A stretch of DNA of 64,000 bases from contig OZ244042.1 in NCBI GenBank assembly GCA_965215015.1, forward strand, positions 5,063,354 through 5,127,353, in the 5' to 3' direction. The notes beneath the pieces were generated by a model. That model had not been told where the DNA came from. It worked only from the letters and a program-made list of their open reading frames with translations, and made no database searches. The translations under genes were made by a program, and so were the position numbers. This stretch comes from Candidatus Poribacteria bacterium (GTDB lineage: Bacteria > Poribacteria > WGA-4E > PCPOR2b). Each line of letters begins with the position of its first letter. Positions within the stretch are counted from its first letter, which is position 1. Below are positions 28,023 through 38,343 of this stretch, one piece after another.

Positions 28023-29375
28023 ATGTCCAAAAGTACAGACATTCGGATTCTGGATGTCAGTTGTGATTTTGAGGAATATCAATACCGTACCCCGCTCAAA
28101 TTCGGTGGTGTTCCGATAGATAATTGTGGACTGCTGAATGTGCGTATACAGGTGCAGACACGCGATGGGAAAGAGGCAGTAGGTTTCGGGTCCATGACGC
28201 TCAGCAATGTATGGGCGTTTCCACCGCGTTACGTCCCCTTTGACCAAAGTCTTGAGGCGATGAAGCGTCTCTCAGGACAGCTGGTTGACGCCACACGCGA
28301 ATGCAATCTGTGCGCTCACCCCGTAGATCTCTCCGAGACCCTTGAACCTCAATTCCTGCGAATCGCAGCCAATCTCTCTGCGGAGATGCAGCTCCTCACA
28401 CCAATTCCGAAGCTCTGCACGGTGGTTACAGCAAGTCCCATTGACGCAGCCATCCACGATGGATTTGGTAAGGCAAACGGTATCAACAGCTACGATGGGC
28501 TCAGTGAAGATTTCATGAGCCACGATCTCTCGCACTACCTTAATGAAAGATTCGCAGGTAAATACCTTGACCGATACACCCTGCGAAAGCCGAAGCCAAA
28601 GATGCCGCTCTACCATCTGGTCGGTGCGCTTGACCCACTAACCGATGCTGATATCCCGAACCGTCTCAATGACGGACTGCCCGAAACGTTGCCGGAGTGG
28701 ATTGGCGCAGATGGATTGACACATCTAAAAATTAAGCTGAATGGGGATGACTTAGACTGGGATGTGCAGCGGGTGCTTTCGATTGAGAAAATTACCGCCG
28801 AAACACAGGCAAAGCGGGATGTGAGTGAATGGTATTACTCTGCGGACTTCAATGAAACCTGCCAAGATGTCGAGTACCTGTTGGCGTTTCTGCACAAAAT
28901 TCGGGAGGGTGAGGGACGCGCCTTTGAACGGTTGGCTTACATCGAGCAACCGACAAATCGAGATCTCAAGGCACACCCCGAGAACAAAATGCACCGAGCC
29001 GCAGAGATTAAACCGGTCGTCATTGACGAGTCCCTGACCGACTTTCAAACTTTTCAACTCGCACGAGAACAGGGCTATTCTGGCGTCGCACTCAAAGCGT
29101 GTAAGGGGCAGTCTCAAGCGTTGCTCATGGGGGCTGCGGCGATTGAATACGATATGTTCTTAGCGGTACAAGATTTGACCTGTCCGGGGGCATCGTTCCT
29201 GCATTCCGCGGGGCTGGCTGCACGGGTGCCACGAGTTACTGCAATAGAAGGGAACTCTCGCCAATACTGTCCTGTGGCAAACGAGGCGTGGAAGGACAGA
29301 TTTCCTTCGATTTTTAATATTAATGACGGAACGGTGGGCACCCATGTCCTGACAGGCAATGGGCTAGGGCATTAG
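28023..29375 (+). CDS. Enolase-superfamily (mandelate racemase/muconate lactonizing enzyme-like) protein
   Basis: Candidate catalytic/metal ligands in canonical order: KIKL (KxK), ...ADFN (D), AYIEQP (E), VVIDES (D). 450 aa. Confidence 0.5.
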   Translation: MSKSTDIRILDVSCDFEEYQYRTPLKFGGVPIDNCGLLNVRIQVQTRDGKEAVGFGSMTLSNVWAFPPRYVPFDQSLEAMKRLSGQLVDATRECNLCAHPVDLSETLEPQFLRIAANLSAEMQLLTPIPKLCTVVTASPIDAAIHDGFGKANGINSYDGLSEDFMSHDLSHYLNERFAGKYLDRYTLRKPKPKMPLYHLVGALDPLTDADIPNRLNDGLPETLPEWIGADGLTHLKIKLNGDDLDWDVQRVLSIEKITAETQAKRDVSEWYYSADFNETCQDVEYLLAFLHKIREGEGRAFERLAYIEQPTNRDLKAHPENKMHRAAEIKPVVIDESLTDFQTFQLAREQGYSGVALKACKGQSQALLMGAAAIEYDMFLAVQDLTCPGASFLHSAGLAARVPRVTAIEGNSRQYCPVANEAWKDRFPSIFNINDGTVGTHVLTGNGLGH

Positions 29376-29403
29376 CAGAAGGGGCTTAATTGACAAATTT
29401 TGA

Positions 29404-30588
29404 TTGAAAGTAGATATAGTGAAAACACCGACGGTTATAGACCTATTTTGCGGTTGCGGGGGTATGTCCTGGGGATTGCATCAGGCTGGTTTCAAAATCC
29501 TTGCTGGAATTGACAATTGGAATCGGGCTCTACAGACTTTTCGGCATAATCACCCGGAGGCCAACACTGTTGAAGCGGATATTGCTAACTTGAATCCACA
29601 ATCCGTCATGGATTCTTTGGACCTAGCCCGAGGCGATTTAGATTGTTTGATTGGAGGGCCACCGTGCCAAGGCTTCTCGAAAAACGTTCCGGCTGCTTAC
29701 CGATTTCTTGGAGATTCTCGAAATCAATTATTCCGAGATTTTCTTCGCTTTGTTGATGAAATGCGCCCTAAAATTGTTGTGATGGAGAACGTCGCGGAAA
29801 TTTACAATGCTTACGGAGGGATTGTCCGCCAAGAGATTATTGACAGTTTAGGTAAGTTGGGTTATGAAGTTGACGTTGACAACCTGTTCGCACCGGACTA
29901 CGGTATTCCTCAACGTAGACGGCGCTGTTTTTTCTTTGCTTCTCGAACCGGTGTTTTTCCGCTGCTCTCACCACCAACTTTTGGAAAAGTCGCTACCACA
30001 ACCCTATTTGGTCAAGTGCAGCCGTACCGTTCTGCTTGGTCTGCAATTTCGGATTTACCTGTTTTGCAAAATGGGGATGGCTACGAACCAATGGCTTATA
30101 AGTTCCCTGCTCTAAATGCGTATCAGATTCTGATGCGATTAAACTCAACTGCTCTCTATGACCATGTGACTCGTAGACTCAACACCAAACAACATACACG
30201 AATTGCCTCCTTAGAACCGGGCCAAGGTCTAAAAAATTTGCCCAAGGAAATTCGTCCGAAATCTGGATATAGCGGTGCATATGGTAGGCTTGATTTCCAG
30301 ATGATTGCACCAACCATTACCCGATGGTTTTTCCACCCCGGTTCCGGTCGATTTTGTCATCCTCGTGAGGTTCGCCTACTAACTATTCGTGAGGCGGCAC
30401 GACTTCAATCCTTCTCAGATGATTTCATATTTACGGGAACGTACATTGAGAAATCGCATCAAGTTGGAAACGCGGTGCCACCACTAATCATGCAAAGTAT
30501 GGCCGTGAACATTAAAGTTTGCCTTGGAGCTCTGTCAGAAGAAGAGCGACAATATCGTGTGTTAAAAGACGTACCGGCTCAATATTGA
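29404..30588 (+). CDS. DNA (cytosine-5)-methyltransferase
   Basis: Motif I LFCGCGGMSWG, motif IV GGPPCQGFS, motif VI ENV, motif X QVGNAVPP. TTG start at 29404 (alternative GTG 29419). Confidence 0.9.
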   Translation: MKVDIVKTPTVIDLFCGCGGMSWGLHQAGFKILAGIDNWNRALQTFRHNHPEANTVEADIANLNPQSVMDSLDLARGDLDCLIGGPPCQGFSKNVPAAYRFLGDSRNQLFRDFLRFVDEMRPKIVVMENVAEIYNAYGGIVRQEIIDSLGKLGYEVDVDNLFAPDYGIPQRRRRCFFFASRTGVFPLLSPPTFGKVATTTLFGQVQPYRSAWSAISDLPVLQNGDGYEPMAYKFPALNAYQILMRLNSTALYDHVTRRLNTKQHTRIASLEPGQGLKNLPKEIRPKSGYSGAYGRLDFQMIAPTITRWFFHPGSGRFCHPREVRLLTIREAARLQSFSDDFIFTGTYIEKSHQVGNAVPPLIMQSMAVNIKVCLGALSEEERQYRVLKDVPAQY

Positions 30589-31228
30589 AAGTGTAGACAT
30601 TCCTAGGCAACACAAATCGCTCAAAGAATTGTTTTTGGTTTGGATACCACCGAAAAACAAGCTGATTGTCAAAATTTCGCTTTGCTTGCAAGCCCGTTTT
30701 GGTCTCGTTCGTCCATTCCCATTTCAGATCCTCGGAGGCGTATTCAACTAGCTGAGATTCAAAGTAAGCATACCTTTTTCGATCGCGGGACTTTAGTAGA
30801 ATGCACACCCGCTTGTCTTCAACACCCTGAAATTGCGCGTCCTTGTTGACTTTTTCATCGTACCAGTGCTTCAGAAGTGCAAAGCCCAGTTTCTCCGGGG
30901 ACGAGTTAAGTGATAGTTCGTCAAATCCTAATTCTGTCGCTTTTTTGAAAATATCTGCCCGTTGGATAACGACCTCGAATTCACAAGGGGGACTGATTCG
31001 ATGTTGCACGGCTTTAATTGACCAACCAATTTTACGGTTATTATCAACAACATCAAAAAGACGTTTGCTTCTGCTATACATAAGTGGATCAATAATTGAA
31101 ATGTCTTTTGTGTATGCAAAGATGGCTTCCCAAATGAAGTTCTCAATATCATCAACAAACGGAATAGCAAAAGTCGCTTGGATTCCATTGATGAGACGTT
31201 TCTTCTGATCGTCATTCAGATCGTACAT
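30512..31228 (-). CDS. Hypothetical protein; candidate type II restriction endonuclease partner of the C5-MTase
   Basis: 238-aa ORF convergent with the MTase, 3' ends overlapping by 77 bp; no family recognised; weak PD-(D/E)xK-like stretch (LFDVVD...WSIKAV). Assignment is by context only. Confidence 0.3.
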   Translation of the reverse strand: MYDLNDDQKKRLINGIQATFAIPFVDDIENFIWEAIFAYTKDISIIDPLMYSRSKRLFDVVDNNRKIGWSIKAVQHRISPPCEFEVVIQRADIFKKATELGFDELSLNSSPEKLGFALLKHWYDEKVNKDAQFQGVEDKRVCILLKSRDRKRYAYFESQLVEYASEDLKWEWTNETKTGLQAKRNFDNQLVFRWYPNQKQFFERFVLPRNVYTFNIEPVRLLTHDIVALLLTELQGKL

Positions 31229-31265
31229 GATTCTCCCATTAGAAATGAGGCATCAGCAACTGTGG

Positions 31266-31546
31266 TCACTGGTGAAGCCCTTCGGCACTCTCCAATTCTT
31301 GTTGGATTTCCTCATCATCATATTCAGCAATTTCAGCAATAGGAATGCCCCGCTGACTTAAAAGCCGAATAAAATCCTACAGGTGCATCTCTGCTAACTT
31401 TGCAGCTTGCCCTAAAGAAGGAGATTACGCTGGAAGAGTGCAACTGCAAGCAATTGTTTTACCTCTTCAGTGAGTTTCTCTCCGTCGTAGCCTGCAACAG
31501 AAAGTGGGATTGCGAGTTTGCTCGGTAAGTCTAATGTGATATCCAC
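31266..31546 (-). pseudogene. UPF0175-family antitoxin pseudogene (1-nt deletion in T-run plus in-frame TAG)
   Basis: Minus-strand translation V/MDITLDLPSKLAIPLSVAGYDGEKLTEEVKQLLAVALFQRNLL | SLGQAAKLAEMHL*DFIRLLSQRGIPIAEIAEYDDEEIQQELE matches UPF0175 (LSxGKAAELAxM..eF..LL..RGIP). The frame shifts at ~31415; TAG (rc CTA 31377-31379) sits where Y/W/Q is expected. Confidence 0.5.
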
Positions 31547-31613
31547 CTCAACAACCCTCCCCTCTTTTTTAAATCTTCAGAGCAGTATTCATCAATAACA
31601 GCATCAGAAACCA

Positions 31614-32387
31614 CTAATCCGCCTTGTTTCCTTGCTTCATAAACGAGCTCAACAGATCCACAGGTATCGGGAAAACCAGTGTTGAGTTTTTCTCGGCTGC
31701 CACTTCAATGAGGGCTTGCAGGTAACGAAGTTGAATACCGATTGGATTTTTACTTAAAGTCGTTGCGGCTTCCGTTAAGGCTTCGGATGATTCCAACTCG
31801 CCCGCGGCGTGGGTAAACTTGGCACGACGTTCACGCTCTGCTTCTGCTTGTTTTGCCATTGCCCGCTGCATTTCCGCAGGCAGGTCTACATGCTTAATCT
31901 CCATAGCGATGACGTTGATTCCCCACGATTCGCTATTCCTTTGGATAATCTCCTCTAACTCCTGATTCAGCTTTTCGCGTTCTGACAAGAGGTCATCAAG
32001 CTCTGCACTTCCGAGAATGCTTCGGAGCGTTGTTTGTGCCAGTTGGCTGATTGCAAACCCAAAATCTTCGACCTCTACGACCGCTTTTGCCGAGTCCACG
32101 ATTCGGAAGGTTAAAACGGCGTTCACGCTCACAGAGACATTGTCCTTAGTAATTACATCCTGTGGTGTCACATCCTGTACAACAGTCCGAAGACTCACCC
32201 GTTGCATCCGTTCAATCCAGAACGGTATGAGTAGTACCAGCCCGGGCCCCCTTGCACCGGTCAAACGTCCCAACCGAAATACAACTGCTCTCTCATATTC
32301 TCTGAGGATACGTATAGAAGTCATCATCGCTATAATGAGAACAACCATTCCGATTCCAATTTCATTCATAAAATTGATTTGTGGCAT
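31614..32387 (-). CDS. SPFH/band 7 (stomatin/slipin-like) membrane protein
   Basis: N-terminal TM then [14 protein letters not shown]...[23 protein letters not shown]...[25 protein letters not shown], canonical stomatin family. Confidence 0.85.
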   Translation of the reverse strand: MPQINFMNEIGIGMVVLIIAMMTSIRILREYERAVVFRLGRLTGARGPGLVLLIPFWIERMQRVSLRTVVQDVTPQDVITKDNVSVSVNAVLTFRIVDSAKAVVEVEDFGFAISQLAQTTLRSILGSAELDDLLSEREKLNQELEEIIQRNSESWGINVIAMEIKHVDLPAEMQRAMAKQAEAERERRAKFTHAAGELESSEALTEAATTLSKNPIGIQLRYLQALIEVAAEKNSTLVFPIPVDLLSSFMKQGNKAD

Positions 32388-32797
32388 TTACCTCTCCTTC
32401 TCTTTAACTTAGTTAGGGCTTACGCAGTTGAACGCTCAACACCAACCCCAGAAAAGGGCGCGCAATGTTCCGGGCGGATTGAACCAACCGTATAGCGCAA
32501 CAGTGTCTGGTATTCCCTTGCGCGAGAGTTGGGGTATCCTCGGCGATTCATCGCCGGTGAAGGTGCCTCGCAACGGCTGATGAATCGGGCGGCGACAGTT
32601 CATCCGACAGTAGTAGGCACGCTCCGCGTACCATCCCCCTGCTTGCGGGGGGGCTAGCGGACCGAAAGGGGGATGGCATACGCCGTATGCCGACTCCTGT
32701 CGGACGATTTATGGTCTATCCTGACGCGGGTTGAATTGTGTTACTACAAACTCAATGCGTAACTCCCAGTAATAAAAATAACAAGCCTAATTTAGTA

Positions 32798-33808
32798 TTA
32801 TTCGTTGAGTTTTCTTGCATATATTGCCCACAGCGCAAAGCAGGTAGTTTGTAAATTCGCCATTGGCTGTTTTAGTTCAACAGGGGTGGCACTGACGAAA
32901 CTTCCATCTTCCTGTTGCACATCCCTCAAATACCTGAGCGCGACCTTATCTGCGTTCAACGGATCTTCCCCAATAACCAAGGCAAGCACCGTATAGGCGG
33001 TAATTTCCGGATCGCTGGGCGCCCCTTTCCACCTACCAAACCCACCATCATCATTTTGCATCCGCTTTAGCCATGCAAGTTGCTCATCAATATCATAAAC
33101 AATTGATAATCCCTGCAATACCCACGACGTGACAAGCACATTAGACCGTGTCCCCGGTTCCATTGACCACCCACCATCGAAATTAATACGATCGGCAAGC
33201 CAATCGGCCGCTTGGGGAACAGGGGAAAACTTCTGATTAAAGCCAAGTTGCCCCAACCCTGCTAAAACAGCCGCTGTATAGAGCGGGTTACCGGGTTGGC
33301 GTATCTCACGTCCCCAACTTCCACTTGCTTTTTGCGCTTCCCGCAGCCATCGGAGTCCGTTAAACTGTTCATCCGGATTGGTTTCAGCTCGCTTTAGTGC
33401 AATGATAGCAAAAATGGTATGCGCGGTATTTCCATTCCAACTTCCATCTGGTTTCTGATGCTTTATTAGATAGGTGACCCCTCGACGGATGACACTTGAA
33501 CCGGATCCCCACCCTTTTAACATCAGTGCTTGCACTGCAATTGCGGTGATTTCAACATCACTTTCTCTACCCGGTATGAGAGGCCAACCGCCATCTGCAT
33601 TCTGATGTTTGAGGATATATGATGCAGCCAGTTCGATGGTATCATAAGTTGATTCCGCAGCCAGCCCCACTGTTGTGTGGAAACTCAATGCAATCAGAAG
33701 TGAACAGGACCACAACTTAAAAAAAGCCCGCTGAACAATAGGAAAAGGGAAATTCGAGAAGAGAGAGCAGAAGCCTTTCCTCCACCTCTCCATATTTCTG
33801 AATCTCAA
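32798..33808 (-). CDS. Prenyltransferase/squalene-oxidase repeat (terpenoid cyclase-like alpha-alpha toroid) protein, secreted
   Basis: Signal/TM then repeated units ILKHQNADGGWPL, LIKHQKPDGSWNG, LREAQKASGSWGR, RINFDGGWSM, RMQNDDGGFG, VQQEDGSF (QxxDGGW repeats). Confidence 0.6.
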   Translation of the reverse strand: MRFRNMERWRKGFCSLFSNFPFPIVQRAFFKLWSCSLLIALSFHTTVGLAAESTYDTIELAASYILKHQNADGGWPLIPGRESDVEITAIAVQALMLKGWGSGSSVIRRGVTYLIKHQKPDGSWNGNTAHTIFAIIALKRAETNPDEQFNGLRWLREAQKASGSWGREIRQPGNPLYTAAVLAGLGQLGFNQKFSPVPQAADWLADRINFDGGWSMEPGTRSNVLVTSWVLQGLSIVYDIDEQLAWLKRMQNDDGGFGRWKGAPSDPEITAYTVLALVIGEDPLNADKVALRYLRDVQQEDGSFVSATPVELKQPMANLQTTCFALWAIYARKLNE

Positions 33809-33872
33809 TTTCTGCCTCCTTTTCGGGTAAGCACATGCAAATCGCCTAGCAATTTACCGAATGCACCTTCGC

Positions 33873-35000
33873 TTAATTTACGTGCGGTTCAATAACAACC
33901 TTATAGACGCCCTCCTCGCCAAGCATCTGGATGCCCTCCTCTAAGCGAGCTAAGGGAAGATGATGGGTAATCAGATCTTTCAGAGGAACGCGGGTGCGCT
34001 CTAAAAAGTCGAGAGCGGTTTGGAATTGGATCTGTGGGTATGCCCACACGCCGCAGATATCGAGATCCTTGTTGCAGATCTGGTGTGGGCGGACATTGAC
34101 GGAACCTGAATCGGTATAGTGGCCCACCTCGATCACTTTGCCGCCGCGGCGGACGAGATCAATGCCTTCAGCAAAGACGCCCGGCAACCCGGCGCATTCA
34201 ATCACGATGTCCGTACCCGCGCCGCTTGTGAGATCTTGCACCTGCTCAAGGCGTTGTTCAGGGGAGGTTTCACCAACATTGATAACGACATCTGCCCCCA
34301 TGTTTTTCGCCATATCCAAACGACTGTCCACAATATCAGTAGCGATAATTGTTCCCGCACCGGTGCTACGGAGCACGGCAATCACGAGGAGTCCAATGGG
34401 ACCACAGCCAAGAACGGCAACGCTGTTCCCGATGCCGTATCCCGCCCCGACTTGCGGCACACCGGGCGCATGTGCACGTTCTACAGCACGGGTTGCAACA
34501 GCGACCGGCTCGGTCAGGACACGCAGTTCTTCGGAGATTCCTGCCGATACTTTAAACACCCACGAGTTGCCATGGATGTAGGTATACTCAGAAAACTCCC
34601 CTGTCAGATGAGGTGGGGTTTCGCAGTTACTGAACCCGTAGATTGTTCGATTCGTGCATAAAGTCGGACGATGCGGAAAACGCAAACAATAGTAACATTT
34701 CCCGCAGTTTTTTGAGCCGGGCACAACCGTCACCGGATCGCCGACTTTAATTGGTCCACCCATTACATTCATCACCTGATTTGCATCTTTGCCGATTTCA
34801 GCGACAGTGCCAACAACCTCGTGCCCCGGAATCACGGGGAAGTTCAGATTTGTATGACCCAGATACATGTGCTTGTCGCTACCACAAATTCCGACTTGGT
34901 CTACCTGAAGAAGGAGCGCATCGTCAGCAGGGGTTGGTTTTTCAAATTCACGAATCTCGATTTGTCCGGGTGTCGGCATTACCGCAGCCTGTACTTGCAT
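33873..35000 (-). CDS. Zinc-dependent alcohol dehydrogenase (MDR family; threonine/sorbitol dehydrogenase-like)
   Basis: GICGSDKHMY; GHEVVGTVAEIG; structural Zn cysteines CGKCYYC; Rossmann VLGCGPIGL. Confidence 0.8.
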   Translation of the reverse strand: MQVQAAVMPTPGQIEIREFEKPTPADDALLLQVDQVGICGSDKHMYLGHTNLNFPVIPGHEVVGTVAEIGKDANQVMNVMGGPIKVGDPVTVVPGSKNCGKCYYCLRFPHRPTLCTNRTIYGFSNCETPPHLTGEFSEYTYIHGNSWVFKVSAGISEELRVLTEPVAVATRAVERAHAPGVPQVGAGYGIGNSVAVLGCGPIGLLVIAVLRSTGAGTIIATDIVDSRLDMAKNMGADVVINVGETSPEQRLEQVQDLTSGAGTDIVIECAGLPGVFAEGIDLVRRGGKVIEVGHYTDSGSVNVRPHQICNKDLDICGVWAYPQIQFQTALDFLERTRVPLKDLITHHLPLARLEEGIQMLGEEGVYKVVIEPHVN

Positions 35001-35101
35001 TTTGAAAACTCCTTATGTTCGTATTTGTTGTATGTTTGCTTTCTTTCATCACGGGGGCTTTGAACCTTCAACTGCGTAAGTCCTAACTCCTTTACAATTT
35101 A

Positions 35102-35692
35102 TTATCGCCTGATTTGCTGGTCAATCCGGTTAAAAACTTCTCGCACTTCTTCCGCAGTCAACTGCGGCAGTGGATGCATCAATTGAACGATGCCAGCGCG
35201 ATCAATCAGCACAACCGTGGGCATCTGGAGAGACATCCCATACTGTTGGGAAACTTCACCTGTCCAGTCCAACAAGACACTCGGTAGATCTACCTCCGCC
35301 CCAGCTTCTCGGAGATTTGCTTTAAGCTTCCCCTTCAGAAACAGACGTGCAAAGAGCGACACACCAGATCCGTTGGCAATAGGAAGAATCCGCAGCTCTT
35401 CAGTATACTCTTCAAGGAATAGATTGAGCCACGTTTGACCGCGCTCGATGTTATCCTTATCAAAGCCGAACAATAACACATTTTCCCCATGGAATTGGCT
35501 CAATCGAAATTCCACATCATGCTGATCTGTGAGGGTAAAATTGGGAGCTATTGTCCCAGACTCAGGAACGATGAGCGACGGGGAAGCACATGCTAGAAGA
35601 ATAAGCGGGACACACAAAATCCATCTGTGTGAAACGTAAGGCGTAAGCTTTAATACGTAACCCGTAAAGTTGTTTGTCGTCCTCTCTCTCAT
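35102..35692 (-). CDS. Thioredoxin-fold (redoxin-like) exported protein lacking catalytic cysteines
   Basis: Signal/lipobox-like N-terminus (LLACASPS); APNFTLTDQHDVEFRLSQFHGENVLLFGF resembles the AhpC/TSA/TlpA N-terminal region, but no CxxC or peroxidatic Cys. Confidence 0.35.
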   Translation of the reverse strand: MRERTTNNFTGYVLKLTPYVSHRWILCVPLILLACASPSLIVPESGTIAPNFTLTDQHDVEFRLSQFHGENVLLFGFDKDNIERGQTWLNLFLEEYTEELRILPIANGSGVSLFARLFLKGKLKANLREAGAEVDLPSVLLDWTGEVSQQYGMSLQMPTVVLIDRAGIVQLMHPLPQLTAEEVREVFNRIDQQIRR

Positions 35693-35777
35693 TCAAGCTG
35701 ATGGGCAAGCGTTGCTCCTCCTAACGAAAATTGGATCTCGCTCGCCGTCTCTGTTCTCCCTCCTTTGATACGTCCAT

Positions 35778-36932
35778 TTAATCTGACCAGATTGGCGTCA
35801 ACACCTTTGTCAATTGGACCAGACTGTCCAGATTATGAGCCGGTAAGAAATAGTCAACATACGGCAGTGCCGTGCGTATGCCGCGACAGATTGGCTGGTA
35901 CCCTTCACTACCGAGCAGGGGGTTCAGCCAAATCAACTTATATGCTTGACGATGCAGTACCTCCATCCCCTTTTGCAGGACATCCGCTTCGCCCCGATCC
36001 CAACCGTCACTGATTAGAATGACCACAGTTCTGTACGCAGAGAAGGAGCGTCCAAACTCCCGGTTGAAGGCGACGATACTCTCACCGATTCTCGTCCCCC
36101 CTGACCAATCAGGCACAACCTGTGCAACTTCACGTAGTCCATCTTCAAGTCCTTTGCGGCGGAGGAGCCCGGTGATGTTGGTGAGCTCTGTGCTGAAGAC
36201 CGCAACTTCGACCTCTTCAAGTGCTTGCTGCATCCCGTAGATAAACTGGATCAGAAAGGTGGAATAGTAGTCCATCGATCCGCTGACATCACAGAGCAGC
36301 AAAATCTTGTTTTTCTTGACCTTTTGACGCTTCCGTATCAATTTCAACGGCTCCCCACCGTAGGCGATGTTTTTACGCCAACTCCGTCGAAAATCGATTG
36401 TCTTCCCTTTGGTGCTGGTCTTTTTCCGACGGCTCAGCTTTGTTGCCAACAATGGGACAAGTTTAGCGATAATCTCTCGCGCTTTTTGCATCTCCTCTGC
36501 CGAGAACTGGCCAAAATCCTTTTGGGTCAAAACCTTCTCAGCACTATAGGCGATTGTATCCTCTTCCCCCTCCTCTTTATCCTCCTCCATTTCTGTCCAT
36601 TGGTCCAAGTTTATCACTGTTTCTTCAGCGTTGAACAGATCTTCGAGAGACATCACCTCTTCTCCGTCTGTATCAAGCCCCAACTCTTGTGGATCAGGAC
36701 GCGGATATCTCCAGAACCAGTCAAAAGCGGTGTCAAATAACGCCCGATCCGATTCATTGGCGATCAGATTCATCTTGGCGGCGTCATAGAAATCCTGTTG
36801 TTGTCCAATATCGATTAACTCAACACTTCGGCAGAAACTGATTTGATTCGTTGTGGTAATATTCACGCCCATCTGCTTGAGTAATCGGCAGAAGGCGGTG
36901 ATTTCTTGAAGGAGGGGTTGTTGATTAGTCAT
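35778..36932 (-). CDS. VWA domain protein (CoxE-like)
   Basis: MIDAS motif LLLCDVSGSMDYYS; acidic linker; family typically partnered with MoxR ATPases. Confidence 0.75.
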   Translation of the reverse strand: MTNQQPLLQEITAFCRLLKQMGVNITTTNQISFCRSVELIDIGQQQDFYDAAKMNLIANESDRALFDTAFDWFWRYPRPDPQELGLDTDGEEVMSLEDLFNAEETVINLDQWTEMEEDKEEGEEDTIAYSAEKVLTQKDFGQFSAEEMQKAREIIAKLVPLLATKLSRRKKTSTKGKTIDFRRSWRKNIAYGGEPLKLIRKRQKVKKNKILLLCDVSGSMDYYSTFLIQFIYGMQQALEEVEVAVFSTELTNITGLLRRKGLEDGLREVAQVVPDWSGGTRIGESIVAFNREFGRSFSAYRTVVILISDGWDRGEADVLQKGMEVLHRQAYKLIWLNPLLGSEGYQPICRGIRTALPYVDYFLPAHNLDSLVQLTKVLTPIWSD

Positions 36933-37356
36933 AGATCAAATCCAATTTTCGATGGAGGGCTCGTTGGAAGCGCGCCGGGTTGTTCGCGACAATAGTATAG
37001 TCATACACAAGATTGGTAGCAGCAATGAACAAGGCGGCATCTTCGATTAATTTATTCCATTTTCTGAGTTGATAACAAACGTAAGCTATTTTTTGAGAAA
37101 CTTTTTCGTCAATTTCGACTCAGACACATCTCTGATCTGCAAATTTCCTGGTGTAATGAGTAGGTAGGGGCCTTTCTCTGAATTTAACGTTTTATTAAAA
37201 GCCAGTAACCACCTATTTTATTCCCAATTCTTTCCAGTCCGATAATAAAATCACAGTCATCTTTAAGGGCATTAAGTTTCTTTTCGGTGTCGGTACCCAG
37301 TTGAATTTGGATTATCCTCTCACCGCCTGTCACACTGCTAGTTGTCATGCTTAATA

Positions 37357-38301
37357 CTATCCACGCACATATCGCCAATCTGCTAACTCTGTTTTTTCAG
37401 CGTCTTTTGCCTCAGAATCACTTCTAGCACCATCTACCATCTTATCCAAGCCTGCCTCTCGTGCCCGTTGAATATCATCTTGATATTTGAAAATGCAACC
37501 GAGCGTTTCATCAACGATAGCGGGATCTAACCCGTCTTTACCCAACGCAATGAGGGCTAATCCCCAATCCAACGTCTCTGCAACTCCCGGTTTTTTGTAG
37601 TAATCCCCTTCCCTAAATACCCGCATCAGGTTGCAAAGTTGCTGTGCAAGCATATCGTCTATATGCGGGAGCTTGGTTTTAACGATTGCAAACTCCTTCT
37701 CAATGGACGGATAATCTATCCACTGATAGAGACACCGACGTTTCAGAGCTTCATGAATCTCCCGCGTGCGATTTGAAGTCAGCACCACATAAGGAATATG
37801 TTTGGCACGAATGGTCCCAATCTCCGGAATAGTAATCTGAAAATCTGACAGGATTTCAAGGAGGAATGCTTCAAATTCGCTATCACTCCGGTCCACTTCA
37901 TCAATAAGAAGCACAGGCGGAGCGGCACCAGCCGTCTGAATGGCTTCGAGGAGCGGACGCTTTAACAGAAATTCCTCGCTGAAGAGGTCTGCACCAATCT
38001 GCTCTTTGTCCATGCCTTGCGCTTCGTCAATACGTAGTTGGAGAATCTGTTTCGTGTAATTCCACTCATACAACGCGCTGTTCACATCCAGTCCTTCGTA
38101 ACATTGCAAGCGGATTAGATTTCCACCGGTTGCCCCCGCCAAAACCTTTGCAACCTCTGTTTTCCCAACGCCGGGCTCGCCTTCAAGGAAAATCGGTTTT
38201 TTTAGATGATGCGCTAAGTAGATTGTTGTTGCCAACGCTCGATCGGCAATATAATGCTGTTCCACAAATGTTTCTTGTACTTCTTCAATTGATTCAATCA
38301 T
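37357..38301 (-). CDS. MoxR-type AAA+ ATPase (CoxD-like)
   Basis: Walker A LEGEPGVGKTEVAKVLA; Walker B LLIDEVDR; MoxR-type length (~314 aa). Confidence 0.8.
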   Translation of the reverse strand: MIESIEEVQETFVEQHYIADRALATTIYLAHHLKKPIFLEGEPGVGKTEVAKVLAGATGGNLIRLQCYEGLDVNSALYEWNYTKQILQLRIDEAQGMDKEQIGADLFSEEFLLKRPLLEAIQTAGAAPPVLLIDEVDRSDSEFEAFLLEILSDFQITIPEIGTIRAKHIPYVVLTSNRTREIHEALKRRCLYQWIDYPSIEKEFAIVKTKLPHIDDMLAQQLCNLMRVFREGDYYKKPGVAETLDWGLALIALGKDGLDPAIVDETLGCIFKYQDDIQRAREAGLDKMVDGARSDSEAKDAEKTELADWRYVRG

Positions 38302-38343
38302 TTACTATCCTTTTACAGTTAGGTTTAAATTTGCCGCCCAATT

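Noticed and set aside
37184-37378. 64-aa ORF just downstream of the MoxR gene
   Set aside because: No RBS or motif; overlaps the moxR start region by 22 nt; treated as noise.
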